Assembly: GCA_017617445.1 (NCBI GenBank)
Contig: JAFZWE010000014.1
Span: forward strand, 82-64,081
Direction of reading: 5' to 3'
DNA from: Bacteroidales bacterium
GTDB taxonomy: Bacteria > Bacteroidota > Bacteroidia > Bacteroidales > WCHB1-69
Length of the DNA: 64,000 nt
Positions 18,979-28,990 of this stretch are shown piece by piece. The position numbers and the translations under genes are program-made. Under the pieces are notes generated by a model that saw nothing but the letters and a program-made list of their open reading frames with translations, was not told where the DNA came from and searched no databases. Numbering within the stretch: the first letter of the stretch is position 1; the number at the start of each line of letters is the position of its first letter.

Positions 18979-19527
18979 ATGATCATCATTGGAATCACCG
19001 GAACTTTAGGGGCTGGCAAAGGCACAGTGGTGGAATATCTGAAAGAGCACTACGGGTTTGCTCATTTTTCCGTGCGGGATTTTCTCAAAGAGGAGGTCGC
19101 CCGCCGCGGGATGCCGCAGAATCGGGACTCCTACACCTCTGTTGCCAATGAATTGCGGGCCCAGCACACTCCCTCCTACATCGTGGACTGTCTGTACGAG
19201 CGTGCCGCCGCACAAGGCACCAACGCCATCATTGAGAGCATCCGCACGCCGGGAGAGATTGACTCCCTCAGCCGGAAAAGCGACTTCCGCCTTTGGGCAG
19301 TGGATGCGGATCCCAACATCCGCTACCAGCGCGCCATTCTGCGCAATTCGGAAACCGACCAGGTTTCCTACGAAACCTTCATTGCCAACGAACAGCGGGA
19401 GATGACCTCCACCGACCCCAACAAGCAGAACCTCTCCGAGTGCATCCGACGAGCAGACGCGCTGTTCTCCAACAACGGCACTATAGAAGAACTCTACCGA
19501 CAAATCCAAGCCATCCTCCACCTTTAA
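18979..19527 (+). CDS. P-loop nucleotide/nucleoside kinase-like protein
   Basis: Walker A motif IGITGTLGAGKGT, about 180 aa. Specificity cannot be called. Confidence 0.5.
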   Translation: MIIIGITGTLGAGKGTVVEYLKEHYGFAHFSVRDFLKEEVARRGMPQNRDSYTSVANELRAQHTPSYIVDCLYERAAAQGTNAIIESIRTPGEIDSLSRKSDFRLWAVDADPNIRYQRAILRNSETDQVSYETFIANEQREMTSTDPNKQNLSECIRRADALFSNNGTIEELYRQIQAILHL

Positions 19528-19539
19528 AATTCAAATAAA

Positions 19540-20313
19540 ATGTTTCTCTGGGAATCCATCGCTTTCGGGCCGATACACAGCCGCCGGCTGGGCAGCTCTC
19601 TCGGCATCAACATCTCCCCCACCGACGTGAAAATCTGTTCCTTTGACTGCATCTACTGCGAATGCGGGTGGACGCTGACCAAGGAGATTCTCCCCTCGCG
19701 GTTTGCGCCGGCGGACATCATCCTGCAAGCCATTGAAGACAAACTGAAAAGATGCCGTGAAGAACAGACCCACATTGACAGCATCACCTTTTCCGGGAAC
19801 GGGGAATCCACCTTGCACCCCCAGTTCCCTGAAATCATCGACCGGCTGACAGTATTGCGAGACCATTATTATCCCGGCACTGCCATCACCTGCCTCTCCA
19901 ATGCCACGCAGCTGCAAAACGAGGCCGTCCGGCAGGCCCTGCTCAAAATTGAAAACCCGATGTTGAAACTGGATGCCGGTCTCCCCTCCCTATACCAACT
20001 CATCAACCGCCCCACCATCCCCGTCAACCTGGAAGACACCATCGCAGGGCTTCGCGCATTCCACGGACAGTTCATCATGCAATCCATGTTCCTCAAAGGC
20101 GAAGTGGATGGCATCCCGTTTGACAACAGCAGCGGGGAGAACCTGGCCGCCTGGCTGGAAGATGTCCGACTTCTGCGCCCCCGTAAAGTGGTGCTCTACT
20201 CGCTGGACCGCGAGACCCCTGCCAAAAAATTGATCAAGATTTACATCAACGACCTGGAAACCATTGCAGAAAAGGTCAGAGCCCTCGGTATAGAGGCCCA
20301 AGTTTACGAATAA
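19540..20313 (+). CDS. Small radical SAM protein
   Basis: CSFDCIYCEC is a Cx3Cx2C motif, preceded by GPIHSRRLGSSLGIN. Confidence 0.75.
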   Translation: MFLWESIAFGPIHSRRLGSSLGINISPTDVKICSFDCIYCECGWTLTKEILPSRFAPADIILQAIEDKLKRCREEQTHIDSITFSGNGESTLHPQFPEIIDRLTVLRDHYYPGTAITCLSNATQLQNEAVRQALLKIENPMLKLDAGLPSLYQLINRPTIPVNLEDTIAGLRAFHGQFIMQSMFLKGEVDGIPFDNSSGENLAAWLEDVRLLRPRKVVLYSLDRETPAKKLIKIYINDLETIAEKVRALGIEAQVYE

Positions 20314-20323
20314 AAAAACGAAT

Positions 20324-20866
20324 ATGGAAGTTATCCCATTGCCCATTGAGGGTGTTTTATTAGTGAAGCCGCAAATCTTTGGAGATGCCAGAGGCTGGTT
20401 TTATGAAACTTACAATGAAGAGAGATACCGACAGGCAGGCATCACGGAAACATTTGTACAAGACAACCAGTCTTTTTCGCAAAAGAACGTGGTCCGCGGA
20501 CTGCATTTTCAGAAGCCGCCCCATACCCAAGCGAAGCTCGTGAGCGTCATCCAGGGAGCTGTGTTAGACGTAGCGGTGGACCTGCGGGCGGGCAGTCCCA
20601 CCTACGGAAAGTATGTCTCCGCACTTCTGACCGGGGAAAATCATCACCAACTGTTTGTACCCAAAGGATTTGCCCACGGATTTTCCGTTTTGGCCGACCA
20701 TACCATTTTCGCCTACAAATGCTCCAACCTTTACAACAAAGCCTCCGAAGGAAGCATCATCTACAATGATCCTGACATCAACGTGGAATGGGGAGTGGAA
20801 CATCCCATACTTTCAGAAAAGGACACCACAGGCCCTACCCTAAAAGAATTTGTCACGCCGTTTTAG
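20324..20866 (+). CDS. rfbC: dTDP-4-dehydrorhamnose 3,5-epimerase
   Basis: GDARGWFYETYN, RGLHFQ, FVPKGFAHGF. Confidence 0.9.
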   Translation: MEVIPLPIEGVLLVKPQIFGDARGWFYETYNEERYRQAGITETFVQDNQSFSQKNVVRGLHFQKPPHTQAKLVSVIQGAVLDVAVDLRAGSPTYGKYVSALLTGENHHQLFVPKGFAHGFSVLADHTIFAYKCSNLYNKASEGSIIYNDPDINVEWGVEHPILSEKDTTGPTLKEFVTPF

Positions 20867-21354
20867 CGTTTCCAAACCTGAAAAGTGAAATCAAACGGGT
20901 TTTTTTCGTCTGCAGCATGGAACTCCTCTTCTGCCACATGCCATTTCTTTTCATCTAAGACCGGGAAAAAAACATCCGCCTCAAAATCGGCATGAATCTG
21001 CGTAAGATAGATAGTATCTGCAAGATTGACAAACTGTTGATATATTGTTGCGCCGCCAATCACAAAAATCTCCTCTTCTTTCTGCAAGGCCTGAAGCGCT
21101 TCATCCGCACTGGAGAAAAACTCCGCACCGGGATTTTGCAGCATGGTTTGCCTTGAGAGCACCACATTGCGCCGTTTGGGGAGCGGCTTCACCGGAAGCG
21201 AGTCCCAGGTAGTGCGGCCCATCAAGATGGGATGCCCCGTGGTAAGTTCCTTAAAATGCTTTAAATCAGCGGGCAAATGACAAAGCAGCTGGTTCTTGTA
21301 CCCCAACTCGCGACGATTTCCCATAGCGGCAATCAAGCTGATATTCATAGACAT
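20863..21354 (-). CDS. folA: Dihydrofolate reductase
   Basis: ISLIAAMGNRRELGYKNQLLCHLPADLKHFKELTTGHPILMGRTTWDSLP. Confidence 0.9.
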   Translation of the reverse strand: MSMNISLIAAMGNRRELGYKNQLLCHLPADLKHFKELTTGHPILMGRTTWDSLPVKPLPKRRNVVLSRQTMLQNPGAEFFSSADEALQALQKEEEIFVIGGATIYQQFVNLADTIYLTQIHADFEADVFFPVLDEKKWHVAEEEFHAADEKNPFDFTFQVWKR

Positions 21355-22061
21355 TACATCTTTTCGTTGCTGGCCGACACCACAAAGCAGCCGTAAAGGG
21401 CGGCAGTTTCTGTGCGGAGGCGACGGCTTCCCAATTTTATTTCCTTATATTTTTTTGATTTACAAATATCTATTTCCTCCTTGCTAAAATCCCCCTCCGG
21501 CCCAATCAGCAGCAGCACCTCACCCTCGGGCAACGGTTCATCCACCAACTGTGCCGTATTTTCATCATCACACCACGCAATGTAACGGGCGAGCTCTTGA
21601 GTTTCATTTTTCTCAATAAAATCCTTAAAACCAACCACCTGCATTTCCGGAAGCACTGAAGTTTGGGACTGTTTCAGGGCTGAAACCGCAATCCTTTGCA
21701 AGCGGGACAGGTCCTGCTTGCGCCGTTCCGAGTGCTCACAAATGATAAAGCTGATCTTCTCGCAGCCGATCTCCACGGCCTTTTCCACCAGCCATTCCAT
21801 CCGGTCACTGTTCTTGGTCGGGGCGACGGCAAGGTGAAGGCGGCAGCGGCGCGGGGGAGTGCGGTGCCTTTCCAGCACATTCACCATGCAGGCAGACGCA
21901 TCAGCCACGGCAATTTCACCCACAGCACATCTCCCCTGACCATCCGTCAGGGCAATGGTATCGCCTGCCACTTTACGCAATGTACGCACACAATGGCGGG
22001 ACTCCTCCACCGACAAGACAACACTTTCCGACTCTAAATCAGTTGCAAAAAAAGTAAACAT
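21354..22061 (-). CDS. rsmE: 16S rRNA (uracil1498-N3)-methyltransferase
   Basis: The N-terminus reads FFA...ESRHCVRTLR; the C-terminus reads LIGPEGDFS..E. Its TAA stop overlaps the folA ATG by 1 nt. Confidence 0.8.
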   Translation of the reverse strand: MFTFFATDLESESVVLSVEESRHCVRTLRKVAGDTIALTDGQGRCAVGEIAVADASACMVNVLERHRTPPRRCRLHLAVAPTKNSDRMEWLVEKAVEIGCEKISFIICEHSERRKQDLSRLQRIAVSALKQSQTSVLPEMQVVGFKDFIEKNETQELARYIAWCDDENTAQLVDEPLPEGEVLLLIGPEGDFSKEEIDICKSKKYKEIKLGSRRLRTETAALYGCFVVSASNEKM

Positions 22062-22063
22062 CC

Positions 22064-22822
22064 TTACACTTTTTGGGAATTGGGTTCAAAAATGCGGAAT
22101 TTCGCCAGCCTCCACTTTTGGAGACGATAGCAGATGGAGGTGGTCACCACTCCCCATCCGTATTTGACACTTCGCCGGAAATTGATGGAAGAGGCTTCTG
22201 GAAAATATTTCGTGGGACAGGTGATTTCTGCGATTTCATATCCGGCGTAAAAAATCTGCGCAAGCATTTGATTATCAAATACAAAATCATCCGAATCCGC
22301 AACATAGTCGATCTCTTCCAAAACCTTACGGGAAAAAGCGCGATAGCCCGTATGATACTCTGCCAATTTCTGATTCATTACAAGATTTTGGAACCAGGTC
22401 AGGCAGCGATTAAAGAAATATTTGTAATAAGGCATCCCCCCTTTCAGTGCACCTTTCCCCAAAATGCGGGAGCCCAGCACCACCGGATACACCTCATTGG
22501 CAATTAGATAGCACATAGACTCGATCAACTTGGGCGAATATTGGTAATCCGGATGGAGCATGACAATGATATCCGCTCCCAACGACAAAGCCTTTTGGTA
22601 GCACGTTTTCTGATTAGCGCCATACCCTTTATTGCTTTCATGCCGGATCACATGCCGGATGCCCAGTTCACGGGCCAGCTCCGAGGTGCAGTCGGTAGAG
22701 GCATCATCCACCAGCACCACCTCATCAACCAAAGGAAAAGGGATTTCATCATAAGTGGCCCTCAGTGTACTGCCAGCGTTATACGCCGGAAGGACAACGC
22801 ATATTTTTTTTTGTTTCAGCAT
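22064..22822 (-). CDS. Family 2 glycosyltransferase
   Basis: VVLPAYNAGSTL...VLVDDASTD...HPD. Confidence 0.8.
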   Translation of the reverse strand: MLKQKKICVVLPAYNAGSTLRATYDEIPFPLVDEVVLVDDASTDCTSELARELGIRHVIRHESNKGYGANQKTCYQKALSLGADIIVMLHPDYQYSPKLIESMCYLIANEVYPVVLGSRILGKGALKGGMPYYKYFFNRCLTWFQNLVMNQKLAEYHTGYRAFSRKVLEEIDYVADSDDFVFDNQMLAQIFYAGYEIAEITCPTKYFPEASSINFRRSVKYGWGVVTTSICYRLQKWRLAKFRIFEPNSQKV

Positions 22823-22823
22823 T

Positions 22824-24665
22824 TTATTTCTTCATGCTTTGTAACCTGTTCAAAATATTCCGTTCCTTTTCATACACATCCGGACGATAATGCACATTGC
22901 CATTAGGACCAATAAAACAGGTGTAATACTCTATAAACACGGGCATTACCTTTTTCAGATGCACATTGGTGGGACGGAGGGGGCGGTAGAAGACCGTATC
23001 TTCAGGGGCCAGGTTTTTGAAGTACTCCTCCTCCTTCTGTGTGTACTCCTCCAGAAACTTCTCCCCATCCTCGCTCACAGGCTCATTGCCCAGAATGATC
23101 ATCACCTGTTCCAAGCGGGTGGAGTCGTAATCATTCATCATCAGCAGGAGCTCCGTCAGTTCAAAAGGTTGCTGCACACGCACGCAGCCGTGGCTGAACG
23201 CGCGACGGCGGTGGCTGAATGCCCCTTTGTTGTTGGTATCGTGGAGGTACACCGATTCCGTATTGTTGATATTGAACTTCACCCTGCCCAGCGCATTGTG
23301 GGGACCAGAGCTCTGAATCAGCTGATACGGAATATTTTTGGGACTCACTTTCTTCCAATTGATCGTTTCCGGAAGAACCTCTTTTTTTGTGCGGGAATCC
23401 ACCACAAACAATTTTTCCTTTTTCACCACCCCCATATTGTTCCGTACCATTTTGTAATAATACTCATCCTTAATGATGCTGTACGGGATTTTCCATTCTG
23501 GATTCAGCGCAATGTAATTAATCTCGCTATAGAGCAACGGGGTTTCCGTTTTGAGTGCCTTCAAAATACCATTCACCCTCAGGGAATCGCTGTTGGACTT
23601 GCGATTATACTTGCCGCAGACAATTTTCATCCGCAGGGCCAGGGTGTCTGCCGAACGGGCCTCCAAAGTGAAATCGGGAATGTTGACCGCCACAAAATCC
23701 GACCCTTTCTTCCTCTTGGTCTTCCAGCGGAGCCGCTCCAGGTTGGCCGACAGCTTGTCGATGTAATACTGGGGTTGACGGTTGAGTTCCAGGAAAGTCT
23801 CCTCGTCCAGCTTGCGGCTGCGGGGGAGTCCGCGGTTTTCCCTGAAAGTGTGGATGGCCATCATCAGCGTGCGGTTCAAGGTATCGACAGGAACATAATC
23901 CTCTGGGATTTCCTTCAGGGTTTTCAGTCGCTCGCCCACCAGATGAAGGTTTTTTGCATAGTGATTGGAATCTGCCGCAATAAACGGGATAGAATCAAAC
24001 ACCACATCCTTGATTGCCAAATACTTGCGCAATTCAGATTGTAAAGCAAGATACACAGAATCCGTAGGTTGCAGCGAAGTCAAGTAGCTGGCAGCATGAG
24101 ACGATTGTTCCAAAGCCGTGGGGATGAACGTTGGCGGCATGCTGTCGATTTCATACAACCACTTCCCCCCATTCATTTCCACAGGATCGGTAGCCCCGTA
24201 TGCCATGGATTTGGCATACAGAAGATAGCTGTTGGTCAGCGTGGTTTCCAGTCGTGCCAGAACGCCGAAAAGCTGTTCGGAGCTGGTGATTTTTTCAGAT
24301 TGGATCAGGGCAATGTCTGTGTTAACATTCTGGAATGAGAACATTTCCACGGGAAGTCCATGTTCTTCCGACTTACCCAGGACCGAAAGCAAATCGTTGA
24401 CCAGATTTTCCTGGAATCCGTTGGCGGTCCAGATGCGTTCCGGTTGTTTCTGGTAAAAATCCTTGGTGGGGGAAGCGAACATCAGTTCTCCGTCAGCCAG
24501 AGAACTGATGTAATGATTGAAAAACTCGGAATAATCTTTTTCGTTGTAATACTTTTGGAAAGCCGACCACTGTGGTGTGTTCTCCAGCTGGCCTTTCCGA
24601 TGGCACCCTGTCAGGGTGAGCAAAAGGAGCAAGAATACGTATAATGTGCTGTGATTCGGCTTCAT
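22824..24665 (-). CDS. L,D-transpeptidase family lipoprotein (YcbB-like)
   Basis: Lipobox LTLTGC and catalytic motif SHGCVRV. I chose the start at ATG 24665; the track start at 24671 is a TTG. Confidence 0.8.
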   Translation of the reverse strand: MKPNHSTLYVFLLLLLTLTGCHRKGQLENTPQWSAFQKYYNEKDYSEFFNHYISSLADGELMFASPTKDFYQKQPERIWTANGFQENLVNDLLSVLGKSEEHGLPVEMFSFQNVNTDIALIQSEKITSSEQLFGVLARLETTLTNSYLLYAKSMAYGATDPVEMNGGKWLYEIDSMPPTFIPTALEQSSHAASYLTSLQPTDSVYLALQSELRKYLAIKDVVFDSIPFIAADSNHYAKNLHLVGERLKTLKEIPEDYVPVDTLNRTLMMAIHTFRENRGLPRSRKLDEETFLELNRQPQYYIDKLSANLERLRWKTKRKKGSDFVAVNIPDFTLEARSADTLALRMKIVCGKYNRKSNSDSLRVNGILKALKTETPLLYSEINYIALNPEWKIPYSIIKDEYYYKMVRNNMGVVKKEKLFVVDSRTKKEVLPETINWKKVSPKNIPYQLIQSSGPHNALGRVKFNINNTESVYLHDTNNKGAFSHRRRAFSHGCVRVQQPFELTELLLMMNDYDSTRLEQVMIILGNEPVSEDGEKFLEEYTQKEEEYFKNLAPEDTVFYRPLRPTNVHLKKVMPVFIEYYTCFIGPNGNVHYRPDVYEKERNILNRLQSMKK

Positions 24666-24673
24666 ATACAAAA

Positions 24674-25987
24674 CTATTTATGGTTTTCGTAGAAAATCCG
24701 GGCGCGTTCTTCAAGAGCCGGGAACTGGTTGCGGTTGACCAAGGAGACGCAGGCGCGCAGTCCTTCGGTCCGGGTGCTGTTGCAGCTGGCGAGGGAGATG
24801 GCGCTGATGCCGTAACTGAGCAGTTCACGGAGAAGCTGTTCGCCGCTGAGACCGGGGTACGACAGGGTGAAATAGAAGCCGTCGGCCAACTCCTCTGCTC
24901 CGTCGTGGTCATACACGATTTTGAAGCCGTTATCCATGAAGATTTTCTTCATGATATGGGCTTTCTCTGCATATTCGCGCACATCATCAAGGTAATTGTA
25001 GGTGCCGTCGTTGCAGGCTTTGAAGATAGCGGCGAGGGCATACTGTGCCGAATGGGACGTACCGGAACTGACAGCATAGACGGCGCCGTTGATCATGGCG
25101 CGACGCAACATCGGATGTCCGAAATACGGGATAAGATCCGGGAACTCGCGGGAGCCAAACTTGTCGGAAACAGCCAGCACAGCGATGCGTTCACCGGCAT
25201 AGCTGAACGCCTTGGAGCCAGAGATCATCAGCGCATAATTGTCGGTGTACTTGCCGACAGAGGGCTGGAAGGGCGGCACGCCGGGTTGGGAGATGTCGCG
25301 GCGGAAGTCCATGCCGAAATAGGCCAGGTCTTCAATCACACACACATCGTACTGGGTGGCCAACTCGCCAATGGTACGCAGTTCCTCATCGGTGAAGCAG
25401 ATCCAGGAGGGGTTGTTGGGGTTAGAGTAGATGATGGAGTGGATATGTCCTTTTTGGAGATAGCTCTCCAACTTGGCACGCAGTTTGTCGCCGCGGTAAT
25501 CATACACATCAAAAGACTCATACTTGAGACCGAGGATCTTATGCTGGTTCTTCTGGACCGGGAATCCGGGGTCAATAAAAAGAGTGGTATCTTTCTGTTT
25601 CTCGCGGCGTGCGAGGGTCATGAAGCTGATCAGGCCAGCCATCATGGAGCCGACCGTCGGGAAACAGGAGTCGGGCGAGATGTCAAGGTCGATGAAATTC
25701 TTGATGAAACGGGAGGATTCCTTTTTCAGCTCAGGGGTTCCGTCAAGGTCGGGATAGATGGTGGCAATACCCTCCTGCAGGGCTTTGACCTGTGCATCCA
25801 CGCCCACCTTGCAGGCCGGGATACCGGGAATACCCATTTCCATCCTCACAAACTTCACTCCGGAGGCGTCCTCAATGTCATTGATCAGCCTTTTGATTTC
25901 GCGGATGGATGCTTTGCCGACTTCTTTAATACCGTTTTGGGCGAGAATTTTTTCAACCAGTTCAGAATCAATAGGTGTGTGTTTCAT
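24674..25987 (-). CDS. PLP-dependent class I/II aminotransferase
   Basis: YSNPNNPSW, ISGSKAFSYAGERIA (Lys motif), 437 aa. Confidence 0.8.
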   Translation of the reverse strand: MKHTPIDSELVEKILAQNGIKEVGKASIREIKRLINDIEDASGVKFVRMEMGIPGIPACKVGVDAQVKALQEGIATIYPDLDGTPELKKESSRFIKNFIDLDISPDSCFPTVGSMMAGLISFMTLARREKQKDTTLFIDPGFPVQKNQHKILGLKYESFDVYDYRGDKLRAKLESYLQKGHIHSIIYSNPNNPSWICFTDEELRTIGELATQYDVCVIEDLAYFGMDFRRDISQPGVPPFQPSVGKYTDNYALMISGSKAFSYAGERIAVLAVSDKFGSREFPDLIPYFGHPMLRRAMINGAVYAVSSGTSHSAQYALAAIFKACNDGTYNYLDDVREYAEKAHIMKKIFMDNGFKIVYDHDGAEELADGFYFTLSYPGLSGEQLLRELLSYGISAISLASCNSTRTEGLRACVSLVNRNQFPALEERARIFYENHK

Positions 25988-26044
25988 AATATCGTTATTT
26001 TATTAATTAATTTTCAGCAAATTGAACCAACGGCTTGGCGGGTG

Positions 26045-26052
26045 CAAATTTA
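26045..26052 (-). promoter_or_regulatory. -7 box TAAATTTG for the aminotransferase-ldt-GT2-rsmE-folA operon
   Basis: Matches TAnnTTTG, 58 nt upstream of ATG 25987. Confidence 0.45.
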
Positions 26053-26087
26053 CATAAAATTCTGGATTATACCCTTTTATTTTTCAC

Positions 26088-26095
26088 TATATTTG
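26088..26095 (+). promoter_or_regulatory. -7 box TATATTTG for ygiQ
   Basis: Matches TAnnTTTG, 38 nt upstream of ATG 26133. Confidence 0.5.
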
Positions 26096-26132
26096 CACGC
26101 CGATTCACAAGACCCTTTTTTCATAAAGAAAC

Positions 26133-27872
26133 ATGCCGTTTTTACCGACCACAAAGAAAGAAGTAGAGGCCAGAGGGTGGGACATTCTGGATGTCATCAT
26201 CATCAGTGGGGATGCCTATGTGGACCATCCCTCCTTCGGTCCGGCGGTCATCGGGAGGTGGTTGGAGAAACTGGGATTGCGTGTGGCGATTGTGCCCCAG
26301 CCCAACTGGCAGGACGACGGCCGAGATTTTGCCAAACTCGGAAAACCACGGCTGTTTTTCGGCATCACCGCCGGCAACATGGACTCGATGGTGAACCACT
26401 ACACCGCCACGCGCCGGCTGCGCCACGACGACGCCTACACCCCCGGCGGACAGCACGGCTTCCGGCCGGACTACGCCACTGTGGTCTATTCCCGCTGGGT
26501 ACGGCATTTCTTTCCTGACACCCCCATTGTCATCGGCGGCATAGAAGCCTCCCTCCGCCGGCTTTCCCACTACGACTATTGGAGCGACTCCCTCAAGCCC
26601 TCCATCCTCATGGAGTGTCCCGCCGATGTGTTGGTGTACGGCATGGGCGAGCGCCCCATGACCGACCTGGTCCGCATTTTCCAGCAGGACGACTGGAAAA
26701 GCCACCTCCACGAGTGCCGACAGATCGCCTTCGTCACCAACCGCCCCGCAGATTATTGCGACAAAAGCGAGGCCCTGGTGCTGCACCCTTTTGAAAAAGA
26801 GTTGAGCAACAAGCGGTTTTACGGGGAGAACTTCGTCGCTTTTGAGACCGAGTCCAACAAAAAAACACAGCGCGTCATCATCCAGCCCTACAACAGGAAA
26901 AGCCTGCTCATGATGCCCCCCTACCCTCCCGCAACCGAGGAGGAGATGGACAGCTATGCCCTCTTTGACGTCATGATGAACGCCCCGCACCCCAAATATG
27001 CCAAACGGGGTTCCATCCCCGCATGGGAGATGATCCAGAACTCCATCACCATTCACCGGGGTTGTTTCGGAGGATGCAGCTTCTGCGCCATCACCGCCCA
27101 CCAAGGCCGTTTCATCAGCTCGCGGAGCGAAAAGTCCATCCTGGCGGAAGTCGCCCACCTGGCTCAACGGCCGTACTTCAAAGGGCACGTGACCGACCTG
27201 GGCGCCCCGTCCGCCAACATGTACCGGATGCACGGGAAAAACGAGTCGGCCTGCGCCCAGTGCGCCCGCCCCTCCTGCATTTACCCGCAAATCTGCCCCA
27301 ACCTCATCACCGACCACAAACCCCTGCTCCAGCTGTACCGGAAAGCATCGGCCATCGGCGGCGTGAAACGCATCACCATCGGCAGCGGCATCCGCTACGA
27401 CCTGCTGCTGGCCGACGACCGCGCCGACCACGAAAACGGTTTGACCGACTATCTTTCAGACGTGGTCCGGCACCATGTCTCCGGACGGCTGAAAGTGGCT
27501 CCCGAACACACGGAAGACAAAGTGCTGAAGCGGATGAGGAAACCCTCTTTCAACCATTTTCTCGCCTTCAACCGGCGCTTTCAAAAGCTCAATCGCGAGG
27601 CAGGACTGAAACTGCAGCTGGTCCCCTACTTCATATCAGCGCATCCCGGATGCACGCTGGATGACATGAAAGCCCTGCACAAAGCCACCGCCCACCAGCA
27701 TCTTCATATCGAGCAAGTGCAGGACTTCACCCCCACCCCAATGACCTACTCCACCGCCATGTATTTCCTGGGCTATGACCCCTACACAGGAGAAAAAGTG
27801 TTCAGCGCAAAAGGCAAACGGGAAAAAGACCAGCAGAAAAGCCAGTTCTTCCCCTCGCATCCTTCAAAGTGA
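26133..27872 (+). CDS. ygiQ: YgiQ-family radical SAM protein
   Basis: MPFLPTTKKEVEARGWD..DVIIISGDAYVDHPSFG and GCFGGCSFCAITAHQG. Confidence 0.85.
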   Translation: MPFLPTTKKEVEARGWDILDVIIISGDAYVDHPSFGPAVIGRWLEKLGLRVAIVPQPNWQDDGRDFAKLGKPRLFFGITAGNMDSMVNHYTATRRLRHDDAYTPGGQHGFRPDYATVVYSRWVRHFFPDTPIVIGGIEASLRRLSHYDYWSDSLKPSILMECPADVLVYGMGERPMTDLVRIFQQDDWKSHLHECRQIAFVTNRPADYCDKSEALVLHPFEKELSNKRFYGENFVAFETESNKKTQRVIIQPYNRKSLLMMPPYPPATEEEMDSYALFDVMMNAPHPKYAKRGSIPAWEMIQNSITIHRGCFGGCSFCAITAHQGRFISSRSEKSILAEVAHLAQRPYFKGHVTDLGAPSANMYRMHGKNESACAQCARPSCIYPQICPNLITDHKPLLQLYRKASAIGGVKRITIGSGIRYDLLLADDRADHENGLTDYLSDVVRHHVSGRLKVAPEHTEDKVLKRMRKPSFNHFLAFNRRFQKLNREAGLKLQLVPYFISAHPGCTLDDMKALHKATAHQHLHIEQVQDFTPTPMTYSTAMYFLGYDPYTGEKVFSAKGKREKDQQKSQFFPSHPSK

Positions 27873-28053
27873 CAGTCGCTTTCCGCAAAAACACCACCTC
27901 TTTCGGCCACCACCTTTCATCGCAATGCCCACCGAGATGGCATAGAAATCAAACAACCGCAGGCCACACCCCCCATTCAAACATTGCAAGCCCCTGACGG
28001 ACAACTCCTAAAATAAGTAGCTCCGCTGCTTCCCATTTTCCAATTAAAAATTG

Positions 28054-28061
28054 TATTTTTG
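28054..28061 (+). promoter_or_regulatory. -7 box TATTTTTG for lgt
   Basis: Matches TAnnTTTG, 24 nt upstream of ATG 28086. The track start at 28059 is a TTG inside the box. Confidence 0.55.
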
Positions 28062-28085
28062 CAACCTCTTTTTAAAAGCAAAAAT

Positions 28086-28970
28086 ATGAATCACATTCTG
28101 GGTTTTGTTACATGGACTGCTGACCCGATTGCCTTTTCACTGGGCAATCTGCAAGTGCGGTGGTACGGCATTCTGCTGGCCACCGGCTTTGTACTGGCGT
28201 ATTTCACATTGCAGAAAATCTTCCAAAAAGAGAATATATCCCAAAAGACATTGGACAAGTTCGCCATCTGGACCATTATATGGTGTATTATCGGCTTGAG
28301 ATTAGGGCATTTCCTGTTTTACGAACCCGAATATTTAGTGCAACATCCCTTGCAGGTGCTGCTTCCTTTTGACGAAGAGTGGAAATTCATCGGTTACGGG
28401 GGGCTGGCCAGTCATGGCGGGGCCCTTGCCATGCTGTTGTGGGTGATCTATTTCTGCTATACGAGAAAGATGAACTTCTTCTGGCTGCTGGACCGGCTTT
28501 GCATTGCAGTGCCCATTGCGGCGGCCTTTGTGCGGTGCGGCAACCTGATGAACCACGAGATTGTGGGCAGCGTGACTGATGTACCCTGGGCGTTCAACTT
28601 CATTCATGGAGGTGTGGATGCCGACGGATCCCCCATCGCGGGAACCTACCGCCATCCCTCCCAGCTGTACGAATCCCTGGTTTACCTGAGCTTGTATATC
28701 AGTCTGGTCATCTACTATTTCAAATTCGCCAAAGGGAAAGTGCCTCCCGGAAGAGCTGCCGGCATCATGATCACCGTCATCTTCGTGGCCCGTTTCTTCA
28801 TTGAATTCCTGAAAGCCGACCAAGTGGCCAAGGAGGCAGGCATGAGCCTGAACATCGGGCAATGGCTGAGTATCCCCTTCGCCCTCATCGGCATCGGACT
28901 GATTGTTTATTCCATCATCAAAAAGAAGGAATGCCCACAATATGTGGAACCTGCTGAAAAGAAAAAATAA
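28086..28970 (+). CDS. lgt: Prolipoprotein diacylglyceryl transferase
   Basis: Polytopic membrane protein with VRWYGILLATGF and RHPSQLYESL. Confidence 0.85.
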   Translation: MNHILGFVTWTADPIAFSLGNLQVRWYGILLATGFVLAYFTLQKIFQKENISQKTLDKFAIWTIIWCIIGLRLGHFLFYEPEYLVQHPLQVLLPFDEEWKFIGYGGLASHGGALAMLLWVIYFCYTRKMNFFWLLDRLCIAVPIAAAFVRCGNLMNHEIVGSVTDVPWAFNFIHGGVDADGSPIAGTYRHPSQLYESLVYLSLYISLVIYYFKFAKGKVPPGRAAGIMITVIFVARFFIEFLKADQVAKEAGMSLNIGQWLSIPFALIGIGLIVYSIIKKKECPQYVEPAEKKK

Positions 28971-28990
28971 CCCAACACAACTTTCGGAAC

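Noticed and set aside
22890-24044. 384-aa plus-strand ORF
   Set aside because: It is antisense to the L,D-transpeptidase gene, which carries the SHGCVRV catalytic motif.
24644-26518. 624-aa plus-strand ORF
   Set aside because: It is antisense to the well-supported aminotransferase gene and then runs out of frame into ygiQ. It has no recognisable motifs and a biased composition.
26142-27431. 429-aa minus-strand ORF
   Set aside because: It is antisense to ygiQ, which has unmistakable radical-SAM YgiQ motifs. It is a GC-rich shadow ORF.
27876-27893. tcgctttccgcaaaaaca resembles the tRNA-Ser 3' end plus flank (tcactttccgcaaacaaa)
   Set aside because: Only an 11-nt exact core matches, with no T-arm-like context. 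This is too short to separate from chance without a search.
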